Origin: Eledone cirrhosa
Lineage: Eukaryota
Direction: 5' to 3'
DNA length: 64,000 nt
Assembly: GCA_964016885.1 (NCBI GenBank)
Contig: OZ024753.1
Location: 38,192,001 to 38,256,000 of the forward strand
In this document: one piece after another, positions 31,746 through 45,066 of the stretch
How positions within the stretch are numbered: the first letter of the stretch is position 1
How the letters are laid out: every line of letters begins with the position of its first letter
The notes under the pieces: model-generated
What the model was told of the DNA's origin: nothing
The model's input: the letters and a program-made list of their open reading frames with translations, nothing else
Databases searched by the model: none
Position numbers and translations under genes: made by a program

Positions 31746-33229
31746 GTCAAGGTTTCATGTGAGTGCAGAGAGGTTTTTCTTGTAACACATTTCGGGAAGA
31801 GGGTGTCATAAACGTAGTGCGTGTCAAATACTCACCTTGATTCTCCCAGCCGCTCTCAATTTGAGAAATTCAGCGTGACACAGTGTGTGACAAAGCTGGC
31901 TCTTTGAATCCACCCTGAAACGCCCCTACGTCCCTGGAACTAAAGACTTTGCGATAACTCAAGGCCTGGTTTGTGGCAAAAATGGGTGGAGAGGGATTGT
32001 ACATTACTCCACCCTGCAGCGCTTCGATGTTCCTGTCGGATCACGGGATCAGTAACGGTAAAAACCATCCATCATAATTTTATGTAAGAGCCTTTAAGTT
32101 AAATTTCAAATAAATATTGAGAAATTTATTTATATTATTAAATTCTTTCAAATTCTTCATTATTTTCAAATTTATTAGAAAATAATAGAGAATATGGTGG
32201 TTCGTGGGGAAGATTCTTATAAATAAAAGCGGTCCTTGGGGTGAGAAAATACTGGGAATAACTGAGTTAACTGACATCAAACACTTAAGAATGAATACCT
32301 TAGGGAGACTTCATTGTAAAAAGAAGCAGCTTATATACAGACGACCTTTCTCAATAACCCCTTCCTTTCACTCATCAACTGAGGAAACAACAACAAAAAT
32401 GTCAAATTGATAAAAAATTTTAAAGAAATAAAACAAAGAAAATACTTAGCAATAGATATGTTCAGTTGAACATTCTCAAAGATAGATTAACAACAACGAC
32501 AACAACAACAACAACAACAACAAAAACAACAACAACGACAACGACAAACAATCACAGTCACAACACCAACAATAACAACTACAAAAACAACGATAGCAAT
32601 CACAATGACAACAACGACGCACTGGCCACGTTTTAATCGCCCCTCCCCCTCATTTCAAATTGTTGGTAGAAACAATTATGATTGGGGTTAAGTCATCTTA
32701 GTGTTGTGAATGATGTAGTTGTCCGGCCTACGGCAGACGTGTTGTTCGATTCCCACTGACGGTTCTATCACATTTTTAAGGATGGTGGATTTGACAGAAA
32801 GCCTTTTATTACTGACACTAGCTAATTGACATTGGGATTCGAACAACCGCGTCTTAAATATGTAAAATAAAATAGATTTAAATATAAAAATAAAGCCAAA
32901 CAAAACCATCATCTTTCTCTCTCCCTTCAGCTCCCACCCCGACAAAATATTCCTGAAGTGTATGTGGTGGTGTGGGATGAAGTGGTGGGCAGGGGACATG
33001 GTATGGAGGTATATGTGGGGATGTGGTATGGTGTGGGGATGTGTGAGGATGTCTGGGGGGGGGGGGGCTTTGGTATGGACAAGGTGTGAAGGAATCTATT
33101 GGGATGTGGTGTGGTGTGGGAAGATTTATTGGGATGTGGTATAGTGTGATGTGGTGTACTGGGATGTTAGGATGTCTGGGAGGCTGTGTGGGGATGTCAT
33201 GTAGCGTGGCGTGGTGTGGTGTGTATGTG

Positions 33230-34468
33230 GGAATCTGTAAGGATGCGTTATGATGCCTGGGAGAGTGTGTGTGTCTGTGGTGTGTGTATGATGTGGGAAG
33301 ATCTCTGGGTATGTGGTATTGTGTGGTGGGATGTAGTATGGTGGGGTGCGGGAATCTGTAAGGATGCGTTATGATGTCTGGGAGAGTGTGTGTGTCTGTG
33401 GTGTGTGTATGATGTGGGAAGATCTCTGGGTATGTGGTATTGTGTGGTGGGATGTAGTATGGTGGGGTGCGGGAATCTGTAAGGATGCGTTATGATGTCT
33501 GGGAGAGTGTGTGTGTCTGTGGTGTGTGTATGATGTGGGAAGATCTCTGGGTATGTGGTATTGTGTGGTGGGATGTAGTATGGTGGGGTGCGGGAATCTG
33601 TAAGGATGCGTTATGATGTCTGGGAGAGGGTGTGTGTCTGTGGTGTGTGTATAATGTGGGAAGATCTCTGGGTATGTGGTATTGTGTGGTGGGATGTAGT
33701 ATGGTGGGGTGCGGGAATCTGTAAGGATGCGTTATGATGTCTGGGAGAGTGTGTGTGTCTGTGGTGTGTGTATGATGTGGGAAGATCTCTGGGTATGTGG
33801 TATTGTGTGGTGGGATGTAGTATGGTGGGGTGCGGGAATCTGTAAGGATGCGTTATGATGTCTGGGAGAGGGTGTGTGTCTGTGGTGTGTGTATAATGTG
33901 GGAAGATCTCTGGGTATGTGGTATTGTGTGGTGGGATGTAGTATGGTGGGGTGCGGGAATCTGTAAGGATGCGTTATGATGTCTGGGAGAGTGTGTGTGT
34001 CTGTGGTGTGTGTATGATGTGGGAAGATCTCTGGGTATGTGGTATTGTGTGGTGGGATGTAGTATGGTGGGGTGCGGGAATCTGTAAGGATGCGTTATGA
34101 TGTCTGGGAGAGGGTGTGTGTCTGTGGTGTGTGTATAATGTGGGAAGATCTCTGGGTATGTGGTATTGTGTGGTGGGATGTAGTATGGTGGGGTGCGGGA
34201 ATCTGTAAGGATGCGTTATGATGTCTGGGAGAGGGTGTGTGTCTGTGGTGTGTGTATAATGTGGGAAGATCTCTGGGTATGTGGTATTGTGTGGTGGGAT
34301 GTAGTATGGTGGGGTGCGGGAATCTGTAAGGATGCGTTATGATGTCTGGGAGAGGGTGTGTGTCTGTGGTGTGTGTATAATGTGGGAAGATCTCTGGGTA
34401 TGTGGTATTGTGTGGTGGGATGTAGTATGGTGGGGTGCGAGAATCTGTAAGGATGCGTTAGGATGTCT
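33230..34468. repeat. GT-rich minisatellite, 121-bp unit, ~10 copies
   Basis: Unit GGAATCTGTAAGGATGCGTTATGATGTCTGGGAGAG...GGGAAGATCTCTGGGTATG...GGTGGGGTGCG; the register shifts by +1 per 120 nt. Confidence 0.97.
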
Positions 34469-34896
34469 GTGAGTGTGTGTGTGGCTGTGTGTGGCTGTAT
34501 GGTTGTGGTGTGGGTATGGTGTGGAACAGAGTAATTGAAATACGGAAAGAACGCTGAACTGGCTGTGTGTACATCCTGACAGAGGTTGACTGCTGCCTTT
34601 ATCGATCACATGTTAACCTTCACAATTGATCATTGAACCGTTTCTAATTTATTGAAAAATAATTTAGTGCAATTTTCATTTTCTTTTCGGATATTTTTCT
34701 TATTTTATTTCATTTTAGTTTCTTATTTCCTTTCATCTCCCCCCCCCCCCCCACTCACCAGCATTTTCATCTCTCATCTCCTCCCTCCCCCACTTTCATT
34801 TATTTCCCATTTCGCTTTCCTTTTATCACATCTTTCTTTGAATAAATAGCAAATTGAAGATTTAACTTAAGATTAGGTTATACATATTATCCCCCT

Positions 34897-35740
<844 letters not shown>

Positions 35741-36181
35741 GAGAAGAGATCAGTTTAACATACATTTATGTAGTTCCGTGAATCATACATTTTCCCCCCA
35801 CTATAGACTGCTGGGGTGGAAGTTTTTCTATTATCCTCCGCCTCGTCGCCGTCGTTGTTATCTCGCACGTTAATGTCGATTTCTTACAAAGATAATCAGT
35901 AGAAGATAGAATTCTATTAAAATGCACTTAACCTCCCTCTCGTTCGGTTTAATGTTGATATTCATTCGTTCATTCATTCATTCATTCACGGTCCCTTAAC
36001 TTCTGATAGAATCCTAGGGGCGCCGTCGTTTACATACTTGGGTATTTAAGCCGGGAGAAGCCCATCCCTTTCCAGGTTTGAACAGTCGATATCTTCTTGA
36101 GAGAATGAGAGTGGGGTGATAAAGAGAGAAAGAGAGTTAAATAGATAGAGAGTTAGAGATAGATAGATAGAGAGAGTCATG

Positions 36182-36219
<38 letters not shown>

Positions 36220-37847
36220 GGGGAGAGAGGGGGGGGGGATTAAATGATCCAGTACTGGACTGATATTTCATTTACCAACTTGGAAAAGATAAAAAAGTTG
36301 ACCTCACCGGAATTTGAATTCAGAGCGCAGAAAGTCGGACGAATATCGCAAAATATTCTGTCTTAGCAAGCTCTCATAAATTATACATTCCCATGTCACC
36401 TGTCTATATATTAATGGACTGATCCAATGTAAGTTAACAGTTTTGCTTATCAATGATACATCATATTGTTGACAAAATGCTACAAGTTGCATGTGTTATG
36501 ATTAGTGGCGGTACGGGTTTAACCCTTTCAAGACTATATTTCTCATGAGATACACTGTCTATAAAAAAGGACCTTTACTTTTTGATGGAATCTTTTAGGT
36601 GCCATCATGACACATAGCGTGTCTTGGGCATTTAAAACCTAACAGAACAATCCTTCTCCAAGTGGAAACTGATTTAATAATGTAATAAAAGACTGATAAT
36701 TATCAAAATCCCGGTACAATGCGGTAGAAAAATACAAAGGGCGAATGATGACAAATAAAATAGAACGAAGTAATGTATTGCCCAGCATATTTCAGGGCTA
36801 CAACCCTCTTTTCAAATGTGGAGCTAAAACAGTTCAAAACAAAACGAACGATCGAAGATTTTGTATCATAGAAACAGGGACAGTTTCAGACAAACCGCTC
36901 TATAAATTCATTCAAAAGTTAGGTTTGGTGTCTCTTCTAGGTTAAACATGGATAAGTGTGTTCAGATCGTTCATTAAAAATTGGGTCAACCGAAACTGAC
37001 TGAGCCTTAAAACCGGGTGATACTGACTGACAGACTGCTGATTACTGGGGATGCGTGTTTTCATTGATTAGTTAAGATGATGGTGGCACCGTGCAGCGGA
37101 ACTGAACCCATTACCATGTGATTGTGAAGCGAACTACTTGACCAGACAGTCATACCTATGTATGCCTTCTCTATATCAAATCAAATCAGATCACATCAAC
37201 ACCTGCACAGGCCGTGAACAATATTTTTTTACAGGTGCTAAAATATATAATAGAAACAGTAAATCACAATGAACATGTCTCTCTTCATCTAATTTGTATA
37301 AAGTGTTGTTTTTTAGGGATGGTGGGTTGGAGTGTTTTGTTTTTATAGAAGAGTATATTTTATAGAAACACCATAACATTTTTTTCTCTCCTAAATCATC
37401 ATATAAACCCCTTGGGGGAAGACGTTTATCTTAGATGTTTATGAGAAATATAGGACTTTACCAGTTTTATTTTGATAAAGAATGATGTTTGTTTTGAAAA
37501 ACAGTTTTATTTGCTTTGATGTCATATTCATATATTTCAATTGCGAAATGAAAGTGAAAAATGTTAAAGACTAAAAGTAGTTTAGAATTTAAGTTTCAAA
37601 AGTTGGTTTTTCTTGATTACTTTAGGAAATAAGTTGTGGTTGGAAGTATTTCTAGAGAGAGATTATCTTCACATTCTATCCGATGTTCTAACGACTCTGC
37701 CAATTCACCAAACTATATATGAATCAATAACTTACGATAAAGTTTTAAGGGCATGTAGTGACGTAAAGCGTGTCTTTAGAAGTTTTAAATCTGGCGGATT
37801 CACCCACTTATTCTTGCGAGGGTCGTAAAAGCAAAGTCCTCAAACAC

Positions 37848-38150
37848 TCCTCCCAGCAGGTCCTGTCAGCAGCAACTGTCTCCAACTGATCCGGTTGGAT
37901 CCCCAAGCGAGATCAGCCGAGCTCATGGATGTTCTCCAACCATCGTTGCTCGGAATCTACCTCTGCTTCTCCTGCCAGTTAGTTTTGCCCATAAAATATG
38001 TCCAGCGATTCTTTCCTGGGACATTCTAACCACCACATGCTCATAGTATTGGAGCTGTGATCTCTCAATTCGGAAAAGTAGCGGCTCTACCTGGAGCGAC
38101 TCTCTAATTTTGAGTTAGGCATTCTACTGAGTAACGTTAATCCAAAGACC
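37848..38150 (-). pseudogene. RTE-clade LINE 3' fragment
   Basis: Minus strand reads IRESLQVEPLLFRIERSQLQYYEHVVRMSQERIAGHILWAKLTGRRSRGR, typical of the RTE C-terminus (EPLLL.IERSQLRW.GH..RM...R.RGRP). Confidence 0.75.
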
Positions 38151-38280
38151 CTTCGATCAAAACATTAATTATCAAATTACAAACTGGACTCGCTTTAAAA
38201 GATTATGTTTTACCCTCCATGAAAAACGTGCTGAGTACCTATAATTAATTTTAATTTTATTTTATCTTTTATCATTTCAG

Positions 38281-38319
38281 CGAAATGCAACAGACGGAAT
38301 ATACATGCATGTATGGGAG
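38281..38319 (+). CDS. GGNamide/EP precursor, coding exon 2: 39-nt microexon encoding the mature peptide core
   Basis: TTTTATCTTTTATCATTTCAG|CG AAA TGC AAC AGA CGG AAT ATA CAT GCA TGT ATG GGA G|GTAAGT. Phase 1-1; gives (A)KCNRRNIHACMG(G), matching the KC....IHAC.GGN signature. Confidence 0.92.
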
Positions 38320-38760
38320 GTAAGTTATTATATATATATTTTATGATGCATAGTAGCAGTGAGGATGCAAAGTTGTAATATATTTTATGTTGTAGGATAA
38401 CAACGCGGATGCTGAGTTGTAATATATACATTTTATAGCTCACCGTGGGAGGTGCGATTTTATATATTTTATATTTTATAATAATAACGGAAGACAAATT
38501 GTAATATATCTTATATTTTAAAGCAACCATGGGAGATACGATTATATATATACTTTATATATACTTATATATATATATAATTCACACACGCACATATATA
38601 TCCACTCTACTTCTTCCCAAGCATAGAGTACTTCTCTGATTTATGGTCTCCCCGGTCTCAGCATCGCTGATTCTCTCTCTCTCTCTCTCTACTCTCCTGA
38701 GCGTGAATTTAATAAACATTTATCGTACTGCCTCTCTGTTCTGTCCATGTTCAATTTTTC

Positions 38761-38807
<47 letters not shown>

Positions 38808-38839
38808 ATAAACGTGCTGCGTGGTTGCTAATGGGTTAC

Positions 38840-39178
38840 ATATGAAGAAAGTTAGTCCTTCATCAGTGATCTTCCAACCATCATTGGTATTTCATCGCTT
38901 TAAAGACCATATACCTCCGGTTGGTGCGAGCAACGGCTAAAAAAAGTCGTTGGGACACGTAAATAAAGGGGACACGAGTGTAAACAAACAAAGATGGTGA
39001 ACTTCCTCACTTTTCGTTGCTTCACCATCTTTGTTTGTTTACACCCGTGTCCCCTTTATTTACGTGTCCCAACGACTTTTTTTAGCCGTTGCTCGCACCA
39101 ACCGGAGGTATATGGTCTTTAAAGCGATGAAATACCAATGATGGTTGGAAGATCACTGATGAAGGACTAACTTTATTC

Positions 39179-39182
<4 letters not shown>
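38840..39182. repeat. Near-perfect inverted repeat: 162-bp arms, 19-nt loop
   Basis: 38840-39001 is the reverse complement of 39021-39182 with two mismatches seen; (TA)n lies nearby on both sides. Confidence 0.95.
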
Positions 39183-39213
<31 letters not shown>

Positions 39214-39507
39214 GGGATGGCGGCAATAATGATGATAATTATCATGAGGAAGTGTCTGGGGGATAATAATAAGGATAATAAGGAAGAGGAAGCAAAGAAA
39301 GAAAGAAAGAAAGACGCCGAGACACGTCATCCTTTAAAAGCAGCTGTTTGATTTTGTTCTCAATTCAGCTGCTGTTGTCTTTGCCGCTATGTGGCGTGAT
39401 GTCAGTTCTAGGCCATTTTATAAATCTAAAGAACAGTATCAAAATATAATGTGTGGGCGTGTGGGGTAGAGATGTAATCTATATGAAAAAAAAGCATTGG
39501 AGCAGAT

Positions 39508-39840
39508 AGGGTGGAGAATTGGAGGAGTCGTTAGAACGTCGGATAGTATGCTTTGCGGTATTCGTTTCAGCTCTTTGCGCTCATAGTTCAAATCCTGCCG
39601 TGGTCAGCTTTACCTGTCATCCTTTCGGGGTTCTTCTGCCTCTATAACTCTCTTTCTTACTTCCATTGTCTTTCTCTCTCTCTCTCTCTCTCTGGGTAGA
39701 GCATAGGACAATTCTGAGGTTGGTTTTGTCTTTCATCCTTACGAGGTCGATAAAATAAAGCATCAGTAACCCACTGAGGTCGATTTAATCGATTTTAACT
39801 CAAAATTGTGGGCTTTGTTCTTAAATCAGAAACCATTATT
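39508..39840 (+). mobile_element. SINE pieces (family A/B, composite)
   Basis: GGTGGAGAATTGGAGGAGTCGTTAGAAC...GTTCAAATCC, and a second CATCCTTACGAGGTCGATAAAATAAAG tail. Confidence 0.65.
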
Positions 39841-41216
39841 ATAGTCATATGCGTTGTTAAGACTACATTTTAAAATCTGCCAACGCTTCGTAAGCTAACC
39901 AAATTTTTATTTTTTTGTGAAGAAAATAAAATAGTTTTCGAGCGACTGTGTCTTGTGATTCTTTACCAAAATCTCAGAATACCATAAAGCTATAAAAATA
40001 TCTACGAACAGTTAGTAATAGGTAGGCAATCCGTAGAAAGTGTTGACTCAAAGTCATATAACTTAATATTTTTCAATATATTAGACTTGTTTGTGCATTT
40101 ACCATACGTAATTAAATTTAAAATTCTTATAACTAAATTTGACATTTTTATAAATTGAAATAGCTCTATGCCTATACCTTATCTAATTAAAATCTACTCA
40201 AATGTACTCGAATTTCAATATTCTTAATTTGTAACTTATTAAAATTATGTTATATGTCTAGTTGGTGTACAAATAAATTGGCTTACTTTTGTGTTAGGAG
40301 GTAAAAAAAACATTTCGACATTATAATTTTAAAATGTGTTTTTCTCAAAAGTGACAATATTTTGGAGTTACGACTATTCAATATATTAGGAGCATGTATG
40401 AGTGTGTACGTGTGTGACATCTTTTGGCAAGTGTCATTTACTATAACCTCGGGTTGACCCATGGCTTGTGAGTAATATTGGGGAGACAGAAACTGTTTGG
40501 AAACCTGTCAGATGGCCGATACCTGCAATTCAAAGGGCTGGCTTTGATACACGTTGCGGCACCGCTCGGACTGGGATGTAGTCCCTGCCCTCTCTCCCTT
40601 TCTTTCGTTGCATGCTCCTATTTTTTCTTTTCTTCTTTTCATTCCCCCCTTTTTTTTCCTTTTTGTTTGTTCTCTCTAATAGTGTGTTTGTTTTTATAAC
40701 ATCGTTATTTCAATGGTAGATTTTGTTTTCACTTGAATCCATCTTCAAGGAATTTATCTTTGTTTTTATAAATACACAAAAGGATTCAATAAAAAACACA
40801 ACCATAAAAAATATATAAAGACAAAAAAACGTATTCCGTGTTATTCAGTACATTTAGAAATGTGTCTCTTACAGAAGGTATCGAAATATTTTCGTTTACC
40901 ATAAAAGGTATGTCAGTTTAATTGGTGCCGTTGACAACATTTTCACTCATGGTATTTGAACTGGTAGAGGGGTGTAAATATATTTTCTTTTTTTTGTGTG
41001 TGTGTGTATGCAACGTTGATATTTTGTTGTAAATACAGTTAGATTATTATTTAGATTATCATTAATTTTTTTCTAGTTTGTTTTCTGTTCGTGAACTCTG
41101 TTGTTTTGTTCATGATCAGTTTCTTTAGGGAGGCGCAGCTTGAAATTTCCAAAGCTATTTTTACATAGATAGGATAATAAAAAATGAAATTTCTCTAGAG
41201 AAAATGATAAACCTTA

Positions 41217-41541
<325 letters not shown>

Positions 41542-41656
41542 TCTGAATTCTGTATGGGTAAACTCTCTACAGGTTATCAGCATAAGTTCAATAAAAACTC
41601 TATCGTATATAGTAAATATTCAACGTGAAAAGACATCCGAGTGAATAATAATAATA

Positions 41657-41815
41657 ATGGTTTCTGATTTAGGCACAAGGCCAGCAATTTTGAAGGAGGG
41701 GAAAGTCGATTAAATCGACCCCAGTGCGTTACTGGGACTTTGTTTAATCGCCCCTATAAGGATGAAAGGTAAAGCTGACCGCAGCGGGATTTGAACTCAG
41801 AACGTAAATGATCAT
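41657..41815 (-). mobile_element. SINE (family A)
   Basis: Matches the reverse complement of the consensus. Confidence 0.8.
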
Positions 41816-41821
41816 AACTAA

Positions 41822-42560
41822 TAATGATCTCTTTATTAGCCAGAGAGGGCTCACATTAAGGCAACATTAAGGACGGCACAGGATGATACAGCTACCTTTC
41901 AACAAACTCGTTTGAAGGTACTACTTCCCTCTCCACCATGAATTTCCTCTTCACGTGACACCTGAAAAAGTTTATCAGGGCTTCGCCGAAGAGGAAAGTG
42001 CTTGTCTTCAACACTTTCAAACGTGTCCTCCATACGACCTCTTTTGCCATGGTTATCAGACATCGGCGAGGACAGCCGCCACTAGCTAAGGAATGGTTAT
42101 TTTAACCGGAACTTGGGTCCTCCTGACCTCCACCAAACTTTGGTCACAATAAGATGGCACTAGAATTAGCTGGTGCCTTTTCAGGGGTGTTAGAGTGTGT
42201 GCTTTGGTTTCTTGTAAGATTGCGAAAAAACGTCTAATGTCCCAAATCTTCTGCCTCGGGTTATATCAGTTTTGTGTCCCCACACAGAACATAAGGCCTT
42301 TTGGATTAGGAACTCATTCGCCCGCTCCACCCGGCGCGACTTCACTCTACTTCTACGGTATGTCACCGTACAACGAAGCAGGTTTTCCATTATTCCATTT
42401 TCGGATGAAGGTGTGAGACCCATACTGTGGCCCCTGACCATCGCTATCAACTGGGCCTCCCTTAATATAACTTCATTTAGCAACACTTTTTCAAAGTGTT
42501 TTGTTGCAACCAGCGAAGGAAACGGCTATCTTGGTGGGAAGCGGCGTCTGTATGTTGTTT
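41822..42560 (-). pseudogene. L1/Tx1-clade LINE ORF2 3' remnant
   Basis: Minus strand reads LITMAKEVVWRTRLKVLK...ALINFFRCHVKRKFMVERE.....FVER*, Tx1-like AK..VW..R C-terminus, followed by AATAAAGAG and a short TTA-type tail. Confidence 0.65.
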
Positions 42561-43534
42561 ATGGTAGCCTCGGTTTGTTTTGAGGTCATGTCGCTCTTTA
42601 CTGTTTGGCTGTTTACATAAATATCTATTACATTTCTGCTGCAGTTGTTGGTGTTGTTGATGATGTTGTTGTTGTTGTTGGTGGCGATGTTGTTGATGTT
42701 GTTGTCGATGTTGTTATTGGTGTTATTAGCTAATGTGAACCTGTTTATGGTAGCGACAATTGTGGTAGAAGTGTTGGAGACGTTGTTATTGTTAATCTTT
42801 AGACTCAAGTCTTAAGCTTTGTCAGGTCACATTTTATGGTTCAAATGTTTTTTGCAACTGTGGCTTGTGGATGTGGAGGGGAAAGGGTGTTGCCCCCATT
42901 TTAAAAGAAATTTTCTGGACTGTAATTTGGCACAAATATTATGGGCCTTTGGCACAAATATTATGGGGTTTTCTGCAGGCAAAGAATGGCATCTTATTTA
43001 TACTTTTTCTAATAAAATTTAAACATGGAAGGGAAAAGTCGACCAAATCGACGCCAGTGAGTCAGTGGTACTTTATTTTATCGACACTGTAAGGATGAAA
43101 GGCAATTGGCAGTGTCGTTAAAACGTCATATAGAATGCTTTGTGGTATTCGTTCCGGATTTTGCCGAGGTCGATACAAGTTACCAGTCTAATACTGAAGT
43201 CGACTCTTCCTCAGTTGCTAGCTCTCTCTCCCTCTCATGGCAAGATATTGGTTATGTTCAGACCTAGAGATGGGCTTCGTCAGCTTTCAAGTGTCCAATG
43301 TACGCTGTGTGTCACAATGACGCCCCTACAACTCTGTCAGGAGCTACAGGGCCCATACATACATTCTCACACAGTATTTGTTTGAACCATAGGTGATCGT
43401 TTTTAATGGAGATTTTCCAGGATGTGTCTGACTATTTATGACGCAAGAAAAGAAATTTAATTCGTTTTACAAACAAAGAATTTAGGAAGACAAAAAACAA
43501 AAACAAAACATTTAATAATTCGATCCTTAAATTC

Positions 43535-43800
43535 ACTAAATTTACATAAAAATATTCCGCCGCCTCACCACCTAACTTTATATAAAAATATCCCGCCGCC
43601 TCACCACCTAACTTTACATAAAACTATTCCACCGTTTCACCTAACTTTAAATAAAACTATTCCGCCGTTTCACCTCCTAACTTTACATAAAAATGTATCC
43701 GCTCCCGCCTCCTCACTATCTAACTTTATATCCTTACCACCTCACTAAAATATACCACCTCTTCACCTAAATTTATATAAAAAATATCCCGCCTTCTCAG
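43535..43800. repeat. Degenerate ~37-bp tandem repeat
   Basis: Recurring CTAACTTTACATAAAA.TATTCCGCCG.CTCACC. Confidence 0.75.
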
Positions 43801-44295
43801 CCACCGTATAATTTATTGATAAAGATTAACCAATATATATGTGTGAGTGTGTGTATAAAACCAGTTTTAAGACTTTCTCAAGTGCAGTTTCTTAATATTT
43901 AATCTGTAGTTAAGAATGTCTAAAATGTTTTATAGCAAGAAATCTACCCAGCTTTATTCCGATAGACTTTTTCTCAAATTCAACATTAACAAAATAATAA
44001 ATAAATAAATTTTGATTTAAATTTCCTTGAAGTTCAAAGCATTATTGATGATAAATATATTTATCAGTGGAGAAAGAAAATTTTAAATATCAAATCTGAA
44101 TATGAAAATGTCAGCAATATTTATAGCGTGTATGTCAGTGTGTGTGTGTGTGCAAGTGTAATATTTTGTGCGGGAGCATGCATATCTACTATGTAGTCAC
44201 TAATATGTGTGTATAAAGTACTGATGTACTTGTATATATGAGGATGTTTATGTTTGAATATATTTAAATATGTGTGACCTACGTGGATAATATTA

Positions 44296-44660
44296 GTTTC
44301 TGATTTAGACATAATCCAAAAATTTTGGGAGAGGGGAAAATCGATTAAATCGACATCAGCGCATGACTGGTTCTTTATTTTATCGACCCCATAACGATAA
44401 AAGGCAAAGCTAACCTCGGTAGGATTTGAACTGAGATCGTAAAGGGGCGCTCTACTGATACTGCTAATCCACCGCACTAATCTACTTGGATAATATTAGT
44501 TTCTGATTAAGGCACAAGGCCAACAATTTTGGGAGAGGGGAAAGTCGAGTAAATTGACCCCAGTGGAGGATGACTGGTACTTTTTTTTATCGACTTCGAA
44601 TGGATGAAAGGCAAAGTTGACCTCGATGGGATTTGAACTCAGAGAGCAGAATATACGCCT
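44296..44660 (-). mobile_element. Two adjacent SINEs (family A) in tandem
   Basis: Both begin TGGATAATATTAGTTTCTGATT on the + strand, at ~44284 and ~44487. Confidence 0.8.
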
Positions 44661-44969
44661 AGATATACGCAAATATTGTTCGGTAAATACATATCTATAT
44701 ATTTAAATACTTTTATATAACGGTTTTTGAATATGGATGTTTCTAAGATAAGCAAGATTGAAGGTGACTTGCATTTATGTGCGGATTTCTGTATGTAAAT
44801 AAGCGATGGATGATTCAAACTAAGATTATTCACATAGCAATGGAAGTATGCACGTATATATTAATGTAGTTTGTATATGCGATAAGAAGGGTATAAAATG
44901 GATATATATATATATAGCAATTCATATATGAATATGAGTGATATTGCATGTACTGGACAGTGTGTTTGA

Positions 44970-45066
<97 letters not shown>

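Noticed and set aside
36780-36820. Hammerhead-like TTGAAAA-GAGGG..CCCT-GAAA on the minus strand
   Set aside because: Core is mutated at two positions with no clear stem I; at best a dead Penelope terminus.
37237-37274. Acceptor-like TTTTTTACAG followed by GAKIYNRNSKSQ*
   Set aside because: No convincing in-phase donor before the stop and no similarity to the peptide family.
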